DNA of 64,000 bases from Eledone cirrhosa. Its lineage: Eukaryota. Within the stretch, counting starts at the first letter, position 1, and every line of letters begins with the position of its first letter. Of the stretch, positions 1-15,000 are shown one piece after another. The DNA is taken from NCBI GenBank assembly GCA_964016885.1, contig OZ024740.1, positions 32,922,001 to 32,986,000 on the forward strand, in the 5' to 3' direction. Below the pieces are notes generated by a model. The model saw only the letters and a list, made by a program, of their open reading frames with translations. It did not search any database and had not been told where the DNA came from. The position numbers and the translations under genes are program-made.

Positions 1-3000
1 TATGTAACAAGTGAGAGAGACAGTATGTAACAGGTGAGAGACAATATGTAACAGGTGAGAGAGACAGTATGTAACAAGTGAGAGACAGAGTATGTAACAG
101 GTGATAGAGACAGTATGTAACAAGTGAGAGAGACAGTATATAACAAGTGAGAGACGCAGTATGTAACATGTGAGAGAGACAGTATGTAACAGGTGAGAGA
201 GACAATATGTAACAGGTGAGAGAGACAGTATGTAACAAGTGATAGACACAGTATGTAACAGGTGATAGAGACAGTATGTAACAAGTGAGAGAGACAGTAT
301 GTAACAAGTGAGAGACACAGTATGTAACATGTGAGAGAGACAGTATGTAACAGGTGAGAGAGACAGTATGTAACAGGTGAGAGAGACAGTATGTAACAGG
401 TGAGAGAGACAGTATGTAACAGGTGAGAGAGACAGTATGTAACAGGTGAGAGAGACAATATGTAACAGGTGAGAGACAGTATGTAACAGGTGAGAGAGAC
501 AATATGTAACAGGTGAGAGAGACAGTATGTAACAAGTGAGAGACACAGTATGTAACAGGTGATAGAGACAGTATGTAACAAGTGAGAGAGACAGTATGTA
601 ACAAGTGAGAGACACAGTATGTAACATGTGAGAGAGACAGTATGTAACAGGTGAGAGAGACAATATGTAACAGGTGAGAGAGACAGTATGTAACAAGTGA
701 GAGACACAGTATGTAACAGGTGATAGAGACAGTATGTAACAAGTGAGAGAGACAGTATGTAACAAGTGAGAGACACAGTATGTAACATGTGAGAGAGACA
801 GTATGTAACAGGTGAGAGGGACAGTATGTAACATGTGAGAGACAGTATGTAACAGGTGAGAGAGACAGTATGTAACATGTGAGAGACAGTATGTAACATG
901 TGAGACAGTATGTAACAGGTGAGAGAGACAGTATGTAACAGGTGAGAGAGACAGTATGTAACAGGTGAGAGAGACAGTATGTAACAAGTGAGAGAGACAA
1001 TATGTAACAGGTGAGAGAGTCAGTATGTAACAGGTGAGAGAGTCAGTATGTAACAGGTGAGAGAGACAGTATGTAACAGGTGAGAGAGACAGTATGTAAC
1101 AGGTGAGAGAGACAGAATCTAACAGGTGAGAGAGACAGAATCTAACAGGTGAGAGAGACAGAATCTAACAGGTGAGAGGGACAGTATGTAACAGGTGAGA
1201 GGGACAGTATGTAACAGGTGAGAGAGACAGTATGTAACAGGTGAGATAGACAGTATGTAACAGATGAGAGAGACACTATGTAACAGGAAGAGAGACAGTA
1301 TGTAACAGGTGAGAGGGACAGTATGTAACAGGTGAGAGACACCGTATGTAACAGGTGACAGACACAGTATGTAACAGGTGAGAGAGACAGTATGTAACAG
1401 GTGAGAGGGACAGTATGTAACAGGTGAGAGGGACAGTATGTAACAGGTGAGAGACACAGTATGTAACAGGTGAGGACAGTATGTAACAGGTGAGAGAGAC
1501 AGTAGATAACAGGTGAGAGGGACAGTATGTAACAGGTGAGAGAGACAGTATGTAACAGGTGAGAGAGACAATATGTAACAGGTGAGAGGGACAGTATGTA
1601 ACAGGTGAGAGGGACAGTATGTAACAGGTGAGAGGGACAGTATGTAACATGTGAGAGAAGTATGTAACAGGTGAGAGACAGTATGTAACAGGTGAGAGAC
1701 AGTATGTAACATGTGAGACAGTATGTAACAGGTGAGAGAGACAGTATGTAACAGGTGAGAGAGACAGTATGCAACAGGTGAGAGAGACAGTATGTAACAG
1801 GTGAGAGAGACAGTATGTAACAGGTGAGAGACAGTATGTAACAGGTGAGAGACAGTATGTAACAGGTGAGAGAGACAATATGTAACAGGTAAGAGACAGT
1901 ATGTAACAGGTGAGAGACACAGTATGTAACATGTGATAGAGACAGTATGTAACAAGTGAGAGAGACAGTATGTAACAAGTGAGAGACACAGTATGTAACA
2001 TGTGAGAGAGACAGTATGTAACAGGTGAGATAGACAATATGTAACAGGTGAGAGAGACAGTGTGTAACAAGTGAGAGACACAGTATGTAACAGGTGATAG
2101 AGACAGTATGTAACAAGTGAGAGAGACAGTATGTAACAAGTGAGAGACACAGTATTTAACATGTGAGAGAGACAGTATGTAACAGGTGAGAGAGACAATA
2201 TGTAACAGGTGAGAGAGACAGTATGTAACAAGTGATAGAGACAGTATGTAACAGGTGATAGAGACAGTATGTAACAGGTGAGAGAGACAGTATGTAACAG
2301 GTGAGAGAGACAGTATGTAACAGGTGAGAGACAGTATGTAACAGGTGAGAGAGACAATATGTAACAGGTGAGAGACAGTATGTAACAGGTGAGAGAGACA
2401 ATATGTAACAGGTGAGAGAGACAGTATGTAACAAGTGAGAGACACAGTATGTAACAGTGATAGAGACAGTATGTAACAAGTGAGAGAGACAGTATGTAAC
2501 AAGTGAGAGACACAGTATGTAACATGTGAGAGAGACAGTATGTAACAGGTGAGAGAGACAATATGTAACAGGTGAGAGAGACAGTATGTAACAAGTGAGA
2601 GACACAGTATGTAACAGCTGATAGAGACAGTATGTAACAAGTGAGAGAGACAGTATGTAACAAGTGAGAGACACAGTATGTAACATGTGAGAGAGACAGT
2701 ATGTAACAGGTGAGAGGGACAGTATGTAACATGTGACAGACAGTATGTAACATGTGAGAGAGACAGTATGTAACAGGTGAGAGAGACAGTATGTAACATG
2801 TGAGAGACAGTATGTAACATGTGAGACAGTATGTAACAGGTGAGAGAGACAGTATGTAACAGGTGAGAGAGACAGTATGTAACAGGTGAGAGAGACAGTA
2901 TGTAACAAGTGAGAGAGACAGTATGTAACAGGTGAGAGAGACAGTATGTAACAGGTGAGAGAGACAGTATGTAACAGGTGAGAGACTCAGTATGTAACAG

Positions 3001-6000
3001 GTGAGAGAGTCAGTATGTAACAGGTGAGAGAGTCAGTATGTAACAGGTGAGAGAGACAGTATGTAACAGGTGAGAGAGACAGAATCTAACAGGTGAGAGA
3101 GACAGAATCTAACAGGTGAGAGAGACAGAATCTAACAGGTGAGAGAGACAGAATCTAACAGGTGAGAGGGACAGTATGTAACAGGTGAGAGACACCGTAT
3201 GTAACAGGTGACAGACAAAGTATATAACAGGTGAGAGAGACAGTATGTAACAGGTGAGAGGGACAGTATGTAACAGGTGAGAGTCACAGTATGTAACAGG
3301 TGAGGACAGTATGTAACAGGTGAGAGAGACAGTAGGTAACAGGTGAGAGGGACAGTATGTAACAGGTGAGAGAGACAGTATGTAACAGGTGAGAGAGACA
3401 GTATGTAACAGGTGAGAGAGACAGTATGTAACAGGTGAGAGGGACAGTATGTAACAGGTGAGAGGGACAGTATGTAACAGGTGAGAGAGACAGTATGTAA
3501 CAGGTGAGAGAGTCAGTATGTAACAGGTGAGAGTCAGTATGTAACAGGTGAGAGAGTCAGTATGTAACAGGTGAGAGGGACAGTAACAGGTGAGAGAGTC
3601 AGTATGTAACAGGTGAGAGAGACAGTATGTAACAGGTGAGAGGGACAGTATGTAACAGGTGAGAGAGACAGTATGTAACAGGTAAGAGAGTCAGTATGTA
3701 ACAGGTGAGAGGGACAGTATGTAACAGGTGAGAGGGACAGTATGTAACAGGTGAGAGGGACAGTATGTAACAGGTGAGAGAGACAGTATGTAACAAGTGA
3801 GAGAGACAGTATGTAACAGGTGATAGAGACAGTATGTAACAAGTGAGAGAGACAGTATGTAACAGGTGAGAGACAATATGTAACAAGTGAGAGACAGAGT
3901 ATGTAACAGGTGATAGAGACAGTATGTATCAAGTGAGAGAGACAGTATGTAACAAGTGAGAGAGACAGTATGTAACAATTGAGAGACGCAGTATGTAACA
4001 TGTGAGAGAGACAGTATGTAACAGGTGAGAGAGACAATATGTAACAGGTGAGAGAGACAGTATGTAACAAGTGATAGACACAGTATGTAACAGGTGATAG
4101 AGACAGTATGTAAGTGAGAGAGACAGTATGTAACAAGTGAGAGACACAGTATGTAACATGTGAGAGAGACAGTATGTAACAGGTGAGAGAGACAGTATGT
4201 AACAGGTGAGAGACAGTATGTGACAGGTGAGAGAGACAATATGTAACAGGTGAGAGACAGTATGTAACAGGTGAGAGAGACAATATGTAACAGGTGAGAG
4301 AGACAGTATGTAACAAGTGAGAGACACAGTATGTAACAGGTGATAGAGACAGTATGTAACAAGTGAGAGAGACAGTATGTAACAAGTGAGAGACACAGTA
4401 TGTAACATGTGAGAGAGACAGTATGTAACAGGTGAGAGGGACAGTATGTAACATGTGACAGACAGTATGTAACATGTGAGAGAGACAGTATGTAACAGGT
4501 GAGAGAGACAGTATGTAACATGTGAGAGACAGTATGTAACATGTGAGACAGTATGTAACAGGTGAGAGAGACAGTATGTAACAGGTGAGAGAGACAGTAT
4601 GTAACAGGTGAGAGAGACAGTATGTAACAGGTGAGAGAGACAGTATGTAACAGGTGAGAGAGACAGTATGTAACAAGTGAGAGAGACAGTATGTAACAGG
4701 TGAGAGAGACAGTATGTAACAGGTGAGAGACTCAGTATGTAACAGGTGAGAGAGTCAGTATGTAACAGGTGATAGAGACAGTATGTAACAAGTGAGAGAG
4801 ACAGTATGTAACAAGTGAGAGACACAGTATGTAACAGCTGATAGAGACAGTATGTAACAAGTGCGAGAGACAGTATGTAACAAGTGAGAGACACAGTATG
4901 TAACATGTGATAGAGACAGTATGTAACAGGTGAGAGGGACAGTATGTAACATGTGACAGACAGTATGTAACATGTGAGAAAGACAGTATGTAACAGGTGA
5001 GAGAGACAGTATGTAACATGTGAGAGACAGTATGTAACATGTGAGACAGTATGTAACAGGTGAGAGAGACAGTATGTAACAGGTGAGAGAGACAGAATCT
5101 AACAGGTGAGAGAGACAGAATCTAACAGGTGAGAGAGACAGAATCTAACAGGTGAGAGAGACAGAATCTAACAGGTGAGAGAGACAGAATCTAATAGGTG
5201 AGAGGGACAGTATGTAACAGGTGAGAGAGACAGTATGTAACAGGTGAGAGAGACAGTATGTAACAGGTGAGATAGACAGTATGTAACAGATGAGAGAGAC
5301 ACTATGTAACAGGGAGAGAGACAGTATGTAACAGGTGAGAGGGACAGTATGTAACAGGTGAGAGGGACAGTATGTAACAGGTGAGAGGGACAGTATGTAA
5401 CAGGTGAGAGACACCGTATGTAACAGGTGACAGACACAGTATATAACAGGTGAGAGAGACAGTATGTAACAGGTGAGAGGGACAGTATGTAACAGGTGAG
5501 AGACACAGTATGTAACAGGTGAGGACAGTATGTAACAGGTGAGAGAGACAGTAGGTAACAGGTGAGAGGGACAGTATGTAACAGGTGAGAGAGACAGTAT
5601 GTAACAGGTGAGAGAGACAGTATGTAACAGGTGAGAGAGACAGTATGTAACAGGTGAGAGAGACAGTATGTAACAGGTGAGAGGGACAGTATGTAACAGG
5701 TGAGAGGGACAGTATGTAACAGGTGAGAGACAGTATGTAACAGGTGAGAGAGTCAGTATGTAACAGGTGAGAGTCAGTATGTAACAGGTGAGAGAGTCAG
5801 TATGTAACAGGTGAGAGGGACAGTAACAGGTGAGAGAGTCAGTATGTAACAGGTGAGAGAGACAGTATGTAACAGGTGAGAGGGACAGTATGTAACAGGA
5901 GAGAGACAGTATGTAACAGGTGAGAGAGTCAGTATGTAACAGGTGAGAGGGACAGTATGTAACAGGTGAGAGGGACAGTATGTAACAGGTGAGAGGGACA

Positions 6001-9000
6001 GTATGTAACAGGTGAGAGAGACAGTATGTAACAAGTGAGAGAGACAGTATGTAACAGGTGATAGAGACAGTATGTAACAAGTGAGAGAGACAGTATGTAA
6101 CAGGTGAGAGACAATATGTAACAGGTGAGAGAGACAGTATGTAACAAGTGAGAGACAGAGTATGTAACAGGTGATAGAGACAGTATGTAACAAGTGAGAG
6201 ACAGTATGTAACAAGTGAGAGACGCAGTATGTAACATGTGAGAGAGACAGTATGTAACAGGTGAGAGAGACAATATGTAACAGGTGAGAGAGACAGTATG
6301 TAACAAGTGATAGACGCAGTATGTAACAGGTGATAGAGACAGTATGTAAGTGAGAGAGACAGTATGTAACAAGTGAGAGACACAGTATGTAACATGTGAG
6401 AGAGACAGTATGTAACAGGTGAGAGAGACAGTATGTAACAGGTGAGAGAGACAATATGTAACAGGTGAGAGACAGTATGTAACAGGTGAGAGAGACAATA
6501 TGTAACAGGTGAGAGAGACAGTATGTAACAAGTGAGAGACACAGTATGTAACAGGTGATAGAGACAGTATGTAACAAGTGAGAGAGACAGTATGTAACAA
6601 GTGAGAGACACAGTATGTAACATGTGAGAGAGACAGTATGTAACAGGTGAGAGAGACAATATGTAACAGGTGAGAGAGACAGTATGTAACAAGTGAGAGA
6701 CACAGTATGTAACAGGTGATAGAGACAGTATGTAACAAGTGAGAGAGACAGTATGTAACAAGTGAGAGACACAGTATGTAACATGTGAGAGAGACAGTAT
6801 GTAACAGGTGAGAGGGACAGTATGTAACATGTGACAGACAGTATGTAACATGTGAGAGACAGTATGTAACAGGTGAGAGAGACAGTATGTAACATGTGAG
6901 AGACAGTATGTAACATGTGAGACAGTATGTAACAGGTGAGAGAGAAAGTATGTAACAGGTGAGAGAGACAGTATGTAACAGGTGAGAGAGACAGTATGTA
7001 ACAAGTGAGAGAGACAGTATGTAACAGGTGAGAGAGTCAGTATGTAACAGGTGAGAGAGTCAGTATGTAACAGGTGAGAGAGTCAGTATGTAACAGGTGA
7101 GAGAGACAGTATGTAACAGGTGAGAGAGACAGTATGTAACAGGTGAGAGAGACAGAATCTAACAGGTCAGAGAGACAGAATCAAACAGGTGAGAGAGACA
7201 GAATCTAACAGGTGAGAGGGACAGTATGTAACAGGTGAGAGAGACAGTATGTAACAGGTGAGATAGACAGTATGTAACAGATGAGAGAGACACTATGTAA
7301 CAGGGAGAGAGACAGTATGTAACAGGTGAGAGGGACAGTATGTAACAGGTGAGAGGGACAGTATGTAACAGGTGAGAGACACCGTATGTAACAGGTGACA
7401 GACACAGTATGTAACAGGTGAGAGAGACAGTATGTAACAGGTGAGAGGGACAGTATGTAACAGGTGAGAGACACAGTATGTAACAGGTGAGGACAGTATG
7501 TAACAGGTGAGAGAGACAGTATGTAACAGGTGAGAGACAGTATGTAACAGGTGAGAGAGACAATATGTAACAGGTGAGAGACAGTATGTAACAGGTGAGA
7601 GAGACAGTATGTAACAAGTGAGAGACACAGTATGTAACAGGTGATAGAGACAGTATGTAACAAGTGAGAGAGACAGTATGTAACAAGTGAGAGACACAGT
7701 ATGTAACATGTGAGAGAGACAGTATGTAACAAGTGAGAGACACAGTATGTAACATGTGAGAGAGACAGTATGTAACAGGTGAGAGAGACAATATGTAACA
7801 GGTGAGAGAGACAGTATGTAACAAGTGAGAGACACGGTATGTAACAGCTGATAGAGACAGTATGTAACAAGTGAGAGAGACAGTATGTTACAAGTGAGAG
7901 ACACAGTATGTAACATGTGAGAGAGACAGTATGTAACAGGTGAGAGGGACAGTATGTAACATGTGACAGACAGTATGTAACATGTGAGAGACAGTATGTA
8001 ACAGCTGAGAGAGACAGTATGTAACATGTGAGAGACAGTATGTAACATGTGAGACAGTATGTAACAGGTGAGAGAGACAGTATGTCACAGGTGAGAGAGA
8101 CAGTATGTAACAGGTGACAGAGACAGTATGTAACAGGTGAGAGAGACAGTATGTAATAAGTGAGAGAGACAGTATGTAACAGGTGAGAGACTCAGTATGT
8201 AACAGGTGAGAGAGTCAGTATGTAACAGGTGAGAGAGTCAGTATGTAACAGGTGAGAGAGACAGTATGTAACAGGTGAGAGAGACAGAATCTAACAGGTG
8301 AGAGAGACAGAATCTAACAGGTGAGAGAGACAGAATCTAACAGGTGAGAGAGACAGAATCTAACAGGTGAGAGGGACAGTATGTAACAGGTGAGAGAGAC
8401 AGTATGTAACAGGTGAGATAGACAGTATGTAACAGATGAGAGAGACACTATGTAACAGGGAGAGAGACGGTATGTAACAGGTGAGAGGGACAGTATGTAA
8501 CAGGTGAGAGGGACAGTATGTAACAGGTGAGAGACACCGTATGTAACAGGTGACAGACACAGTATGTAACAGGTGAGAGAGACAGTATGTAACAGGTGAG
8601 AGGGACAGTATGTAACAGGTGAGAGACACAGTATGTAACAGGTGAGGACAGTATGTAACAGGTGAGAGAGACAGTAGGTAACAGGTGAGAGGGACAGTAT
8701 GTAACAGGTGAGAGAGACAGTATGTAACAGGTGAGAGAGTCAGTATGTAACAGGTGAGAGAGTCAGTATGTAACAGGTGAGAGGGACAGTAACAGGTGAG
8801 AGAGTCAGTATGTAACATGTGAGAGAGACAGTATGTAACAGGTGAGAGGGACAGTATGTAACAGGTGAGAGACACAGTATGTAACAGGTGAGGACAGTAT
8901 GTAACAGGTGAGAGAGACAGTAGGTAACAGGTGAGAGGGACAGTATGTAACAGGTGAGAGAGACAGTATGTAACAGGTGAGAGAGACAGTATGTAACAGG

Positions 9001-12000
9001 TGAGAGGGACAGTATGTAACAGGTGAGAGGGACAGTATGTAACAGGTGAGAGAGACAGTATGTAACAGGTGAGAGAGTCAGTATGTAACAGGTGAGAGGG
9101 ACAGTAACAGGTGAGAGAGTCAGTATGTAACAGGTGAGAGACAGTATGTAACAGGTGAGAGGGACAGTATGTAACAGGTGAGAGAGACAGTATGTAACAG
9201 GTGAGAGAGTCAGTATGTAACAGGTGAGAGGGACAGTATGTAACAGGTGAGAGGGACAGTATGTAACAGGTGAGAGAGTCAGTATGTAATAGGTGAGAGG
9301 GACAGTATGTAACAGGTGAGAGGGACAGTATGTAACAGGTGAGAGGGACAGTATGTAACAGATGAGAGGGACAGTATGTAACAGGTGAGAGGGACAGTAT
9401 GTAACAGGTGAGAGAGACAGTATGTTAAAGGTGAGAGGGACAGTATGTAACAGGTGAGAGAGACAGTATGTAACATGTGAGAGGGACAGTATGTAACAGG
9501 TGAGAGGGACAGAATGTAACAGGTGAGAGGGACAGTATGTAACAGGTGAGAGAGACAGTATGTAACAGGTGAGAGGGACAGTATGTAACAGGTGAGAGAC
9601 ACAGTATGTAACAGGTGAGAGAGGCAGTATGTAACAGGTGAGAGAGACAGTATGTAACAGGTGAGAGACAGTATGTAACAGGTGAGAGGGACAGTATGTA
9701 ACATGTGAGAGTCAGTATGTAACAGGTGAGAGGGACAGTATGTAACATGTGAGAGGGACAGTATGTAACAGGTGAGAGGGACAGAATGTAACAGGTGAGA
9801 GACAGTATGTAACAGGTGAGAGACAGTATGTAACAGGTGAGAGAGACAGTATGTAACAGGTGAGAGTCAGTATGTAACAGGTGAGAGACAGTATGTAACA
9901 GGTGAGAGAGACAGTATGTAACAGGTGAGAGTCAGTATGTAACAGGTGAGAGGGACAGTACTAACAGGTGAGAGAGACAGTATGTAACATGTGAGAGGGA
10001 CAGTATGTAACAGGTGAGAGGGACAGAATGTAACAGGTGAGAGGGACAGTATGTAACAGGTGAGAGAGGCAGTATGTAACAGGTGAGAGGGACAGTATGT
10101 AACAGGTGAGAGAGACAGTATGTAACAGGTGAGAGAGACAGTATGTAACAGGTGAGAGAGACAGTATGTAACAGGTGAGAGACAGTATGTAACAGATGAG
10201 AGAGTATGTAACAGGTGAGAGGGACAGTATGTAACATGTGAGAGTCAGTATGTAACAGGTGAGAGGGACAGTATGTAACATGTGAGAGGGACAGTATGTA
10301 ACAGGTGAGAGGGACAGAATGTAACAGGTGAGAGGGACAGTATGTAACATGTGAGAGACAGTATGTAACAGGTGAGAGACAGTATGTAACAGGTGAGAGA
10401 GACAGTATGTAACAGGTGAGAGTCAGTATGTAACAGGTGAGAGGGACAGTACTAACAGGTGAGAGGGACAGTATGTAACAGGTAAGAGGGACAGTATGTA
10501 ACAGATGAGAGAGACAGAATCTAACAGGTGAGAGGGACAGTATGTAACAGGAGAGAGTCAGTATGTTACAGGTGAGAGAGACAGTATGTAACATGTGAGA
10601 CAGTATGTAACAGATGAGAGAGACACTATGTAACAGGTGAGAGAGACAGTATGTAACAGGTGAGAGGGACAGTATGTAACAGGTGAGAGACACAGTATGT
10701 AACAGATGAGAGACACTATGTAACAGGTGAGAGACAGTATTTAACAGCTGAGAGGGACAGTATGTAACAGGTGAGAGACACAGTATGTAACAGGTGAGAG
10801 AGACAGTATGTAACAGGTGAGAGAGACAGTATGTAACAGGTGAGAGAGTCAGTATGTAACAGGTGAGAGGGACAGTAACAGGTGAGAGAGTCAGTATGTA
10901 ACAGGTGAGAGACAGTATGTAACATGTGAGAGACAGTATGTAACAGGTGAGAGAGACAGTATGTAACAGGTGAGAGACACAGTATGTAACAGGTGAGAGA
11001 CACAGTATGTAACAGGTTAGAGAGACAGTATGTAACAGGTGAGAGGGACAGTATGTAACAGGTGAGAGAGACAGTATGTAACAGGTGAGAGAGTCAGTAT
11101 GTAACAGGTGATAGAGACAGTATGTAACAGGTGAGAGAGACAGTATGTAACAGGTGAGAGGGACAGTATGTAACAGGTGAGAGAGACAGTATGTAACAGG
11201 TCAGAGTCACTATGTAACAGGTGAGAGGGACAGTATGTAACAGATGAGAGGGACAGTATGTAACAGGTGAGAGAGTCAGTATGTAACAGGTGAGAGGGAC
11301 AGTATGTAACAGGTGAGAGACAGTATGTAACAGGTGAGAGTCCGTATGTAACAGGTGAGAGGGACAGTATGGAACAGATGAGAGGGACAGTATGTAACAG
11401 GTGAGAGAGACAGTATGTAACAGGTGAGAGGGACAGTATGTAACATGTGAGAGACAGTATGTAACAGGTGAGAGACAGTATGTAACAGGTGAGAGAGACA
11501 GTATGTGACAGGTGATAGAGTCAGTATGTAACAGGTGAGAGAGTCAGTATGTAACAGGTGAGAGGGACAGTATGTAACAGGTGAGAGGGACAGTATGTAA
11601 CAGGTGAGAGGGACAGTATGTAACAGGTGAGAGGGACAGTATGTAACAGGTGAGATAGACAGTATGTAACAGGTGAGTCAGTATGTAACAGGTGAGAGGG
11701 ACAGTATGTAACAGGTGAGAGGGACAGTATGTAACAGGTGAGAGAGACAGTATGTAACAGGTGAGAGGGACAGTATGTAACAGGTGAGAGGGACAGTATG
11801 TAACAGGTGAGAGGGACAGTATGTAACAGGTGAGAGACAGTATGTAACAGGTGAGAGAGACAACATGTAACAGGTGAGAGACAGTATGTAACAGGTGAGA
11901 GAGACAATATGTAACAGGTGAGAGAGACAGTATGTAACAAGTGAGAGACACAGTATGTAACAGGTGATAGAGACAGTATGTAACAAGTGAGAGAGACAGT

Positions 12001-15000
12001 ATGTAACAAGTGAGAGACACAGTATGTAACATGTGAGAGAGACAGTATGTAACAGGTGAGAGACAGTATGTAACAGGTGAGAGACAATATGTAACAGGTG
12101 AGAGACAGTATGTAACAAGTGAGAGACAGTATGTAACAAGTGAGAGACACTGTATGTAACAGGTGATAGAGACAGTATGTAACAAGTGAGAGAGACAGTA
12201 TGTAACAAGTGAGAGACACAGTATGTAACATGTGAGAGAGACAGTAGGTAACATGTGAGAGAGACAGTATGTAACAGGTGAGAGGGACAGTATGTAACAT
12301 GTGACAGACAGTATGTAACATGTGAGAGACAGTATGTAACAGGTGAGAGAGACAGTATGTAACATGTGAGAGACAGTATGTAACATGTGAGACAGTATGT
12401 AACAGGTGAGAGACAGTATGTAACGGGTGAGAGAGACAGTATGTAACAGGTGAGAGAGTCAGTATGTAACAGGTGAGAGAGTCAGTATGTAACAGGTGAG
12501 AGAGACAGTATGTAACAGGTGAGAGACAGTATGTAACAGGTGAGAGAGTCAGTATGTAACAGGTGAGAGGGACAGTAACAGGTGAGAGAGTCAGTATGTA
12601 ACAGGTGAGAGAGACAGTATGTAACAGGTGAGAGAGACAGTATGTAACAGGTGAGAGTCAGTATGTAACAGGTGAGAGGGACAGTATGTAACAGATAAGA
12701 GGGACAGTATGTAACAGGTGAGAGGGACAGTATGTAACAGGTGAGAGGGACAGTATGTAACAGGTGAGAGGGACAGTATGTAACAGGTGAGAGAGACAGT
12801 ATGTAACAGGTGAGAGAGACAGTATGTAACAGGTGAGAGGGACAGTATGTAATAGGTGAGAGGGACAGTATGTAACAGGTGAGAGGGACAGTATGTAACA
12901 GGTGAGAGAGACAGTATGTAACAGGTGAGAGGGACAGTATGTAACAGGTGAGAGGGAGAGTATGTAACAGGTGAGAGGGACAGTATGTAACAGGTGAGAG
13001 GGACCGTATGTAACAAGTGAGAGAGACAGTATGTAACAAGTGAGAGACACAGTATGTAACATGTGAGAGAGACAGTATGTAACAGGTGAGAGAGACAATA
13101 TGTAACAGGTGAGAGAGACAGTATGTAACAAGTGAGAGACACAGTATGTAACAGGTGATAGAGACAGTATGTAACAAGTGAGAGAGACAGTATGTAACAA
13201 GTGAGAGACACAGTATGTAACATGTGAGAGAGACAGTATGTAACAGGTGAGAGAGACAGTATGTAACAGGTGAGAGAGACAATATGTAACAAGTGAGAGA
13301 GACAGTAACAAGTGAGAGACACAGTATGTAACAGGTGATAGAGACAGTATGTAACAGGTGAAAGAGACAGTATGTAACAAGTGAGAGACACAGTATGTAA
13401 CATGTGAGAGAGACAGTATGTAACAGGTGAGAGACAGTATGTAACAGGTGAGAGAGACAATATGTAACAGGTGAGAGAGACAGTATGTAACAAGTGAGAG
13501 ACACAGTATGTAACAGGTGATAGAGACAGTATGTAACAAGTGAGAGAGACAGTATGTAACAAGTGAGAGACACAGTATGTAACATGTGAGAGACACAGTA
13601 TGTAACATGTGAGAGAGACAGTATGTAACATGTGAGAGAGACAGTATGTAACATGTGAGAGACAGTATGTAACATGTGAGAGACAGTATGTAACAGGTGA
13701 GAGGGACAGTATGTAACATGTGAGAGACAGTATGTAACAGGTGAGAGAGACAGTATGTAACATGTGAGAGACAGTATGTAACATGTGAGACAGTATGTAA
13801 CAGGTGAGAGAGACAGTATGTAACAGGTGAGAGAGACAGTATGTAACAGGTGAGAGAGACAGTATGTAACAGGTGAGAGAGACAGTATGTAACAGGTGAG
13901 AGGGACAGTATGTAACAGGTGAGAGAGACAGTATGTAACAGGTGAGAAAGTCAGTATGTAACAGGTGAGAGAGTCAGTATGTAACAGGTGAGAGCGACAG
14001 TATGTAACAGATGAGAGAGACAGTATGTAACAGGTGAGAGAGTCAGTATGTAACAGGTGAGAGGGACAGTAACAGGTGAGAGACAGTATGTAACAGGTGA
14101 GAGGGACAGTATGTAACAGGTGAGAGAGACAGTATGTAACAGGTGAGAGTCAGTATGTAACAGGTGAGAGGGACAGTATGTAACAGGTGAGAGGGACAGT
14201 ATGTAACAGGTGAGAGGGACAGTATGTAACAGGTGAGAGGGACAGTATGTAACAGGTGAGAGGGACAGTATGTAACATGTGAGAGACAGTATGTAACATG
14301 TGAGACAGTATGTAACAGGTGAGAGACAGTATGTAACAGGTGAGAGGGACAGTATGTAACAGGTGAGAGGGACAGTCAGGTGAGACGGACAGTATGTAAC
14401 AGGTGAGAGGGACAGTATGTAACAGGTGAGAGAGACAGTATGTAACAGGTGAGAGGGACAGTATGTAACAGGTGAGAAGGAGAGTATGTAACAGGTGAGA
14501 GGGACAGTATGTAACAGGTGAGAGGGACAGTATGTAACAGGTGAGAGAGTCAGTATGTAACATGTGAGAGAGACAGTATGTAACAAGTGAGAGGGACAGT
14601 ATGTAACAGGTGAGAGGGACAGTATGTAACATGTGAGAGACAGTATGTAACAGGTGAGAGAGACAGTATGTAACAGGTGAGAGAGACAGTATGTAACAGG
14701 TGAGAGAGACAGTATGTAACAGGTGAGAGACAGTATGTAACAGGTCAGAGATAGTATGTAACAGGTGAGAGAGACAATATGTAACAGGTGAGAGAGACAA
14801 TATGTAACAGGTGAGAAAGACAGTATGTAACAAGTGAGAGACACAGTATGTAACAGGTGAGAGAGACAGTATGTAACAAGTGAGAGAGACAGTATGTAAC
14901 AAGTGAGAGACACAGTATGTAACATGTGAGAGAGACAGTATGTAACAAGTGAGAGACACAATATGTAACAGGTGAGAGAGACAGTATGTAACAGGTGATA

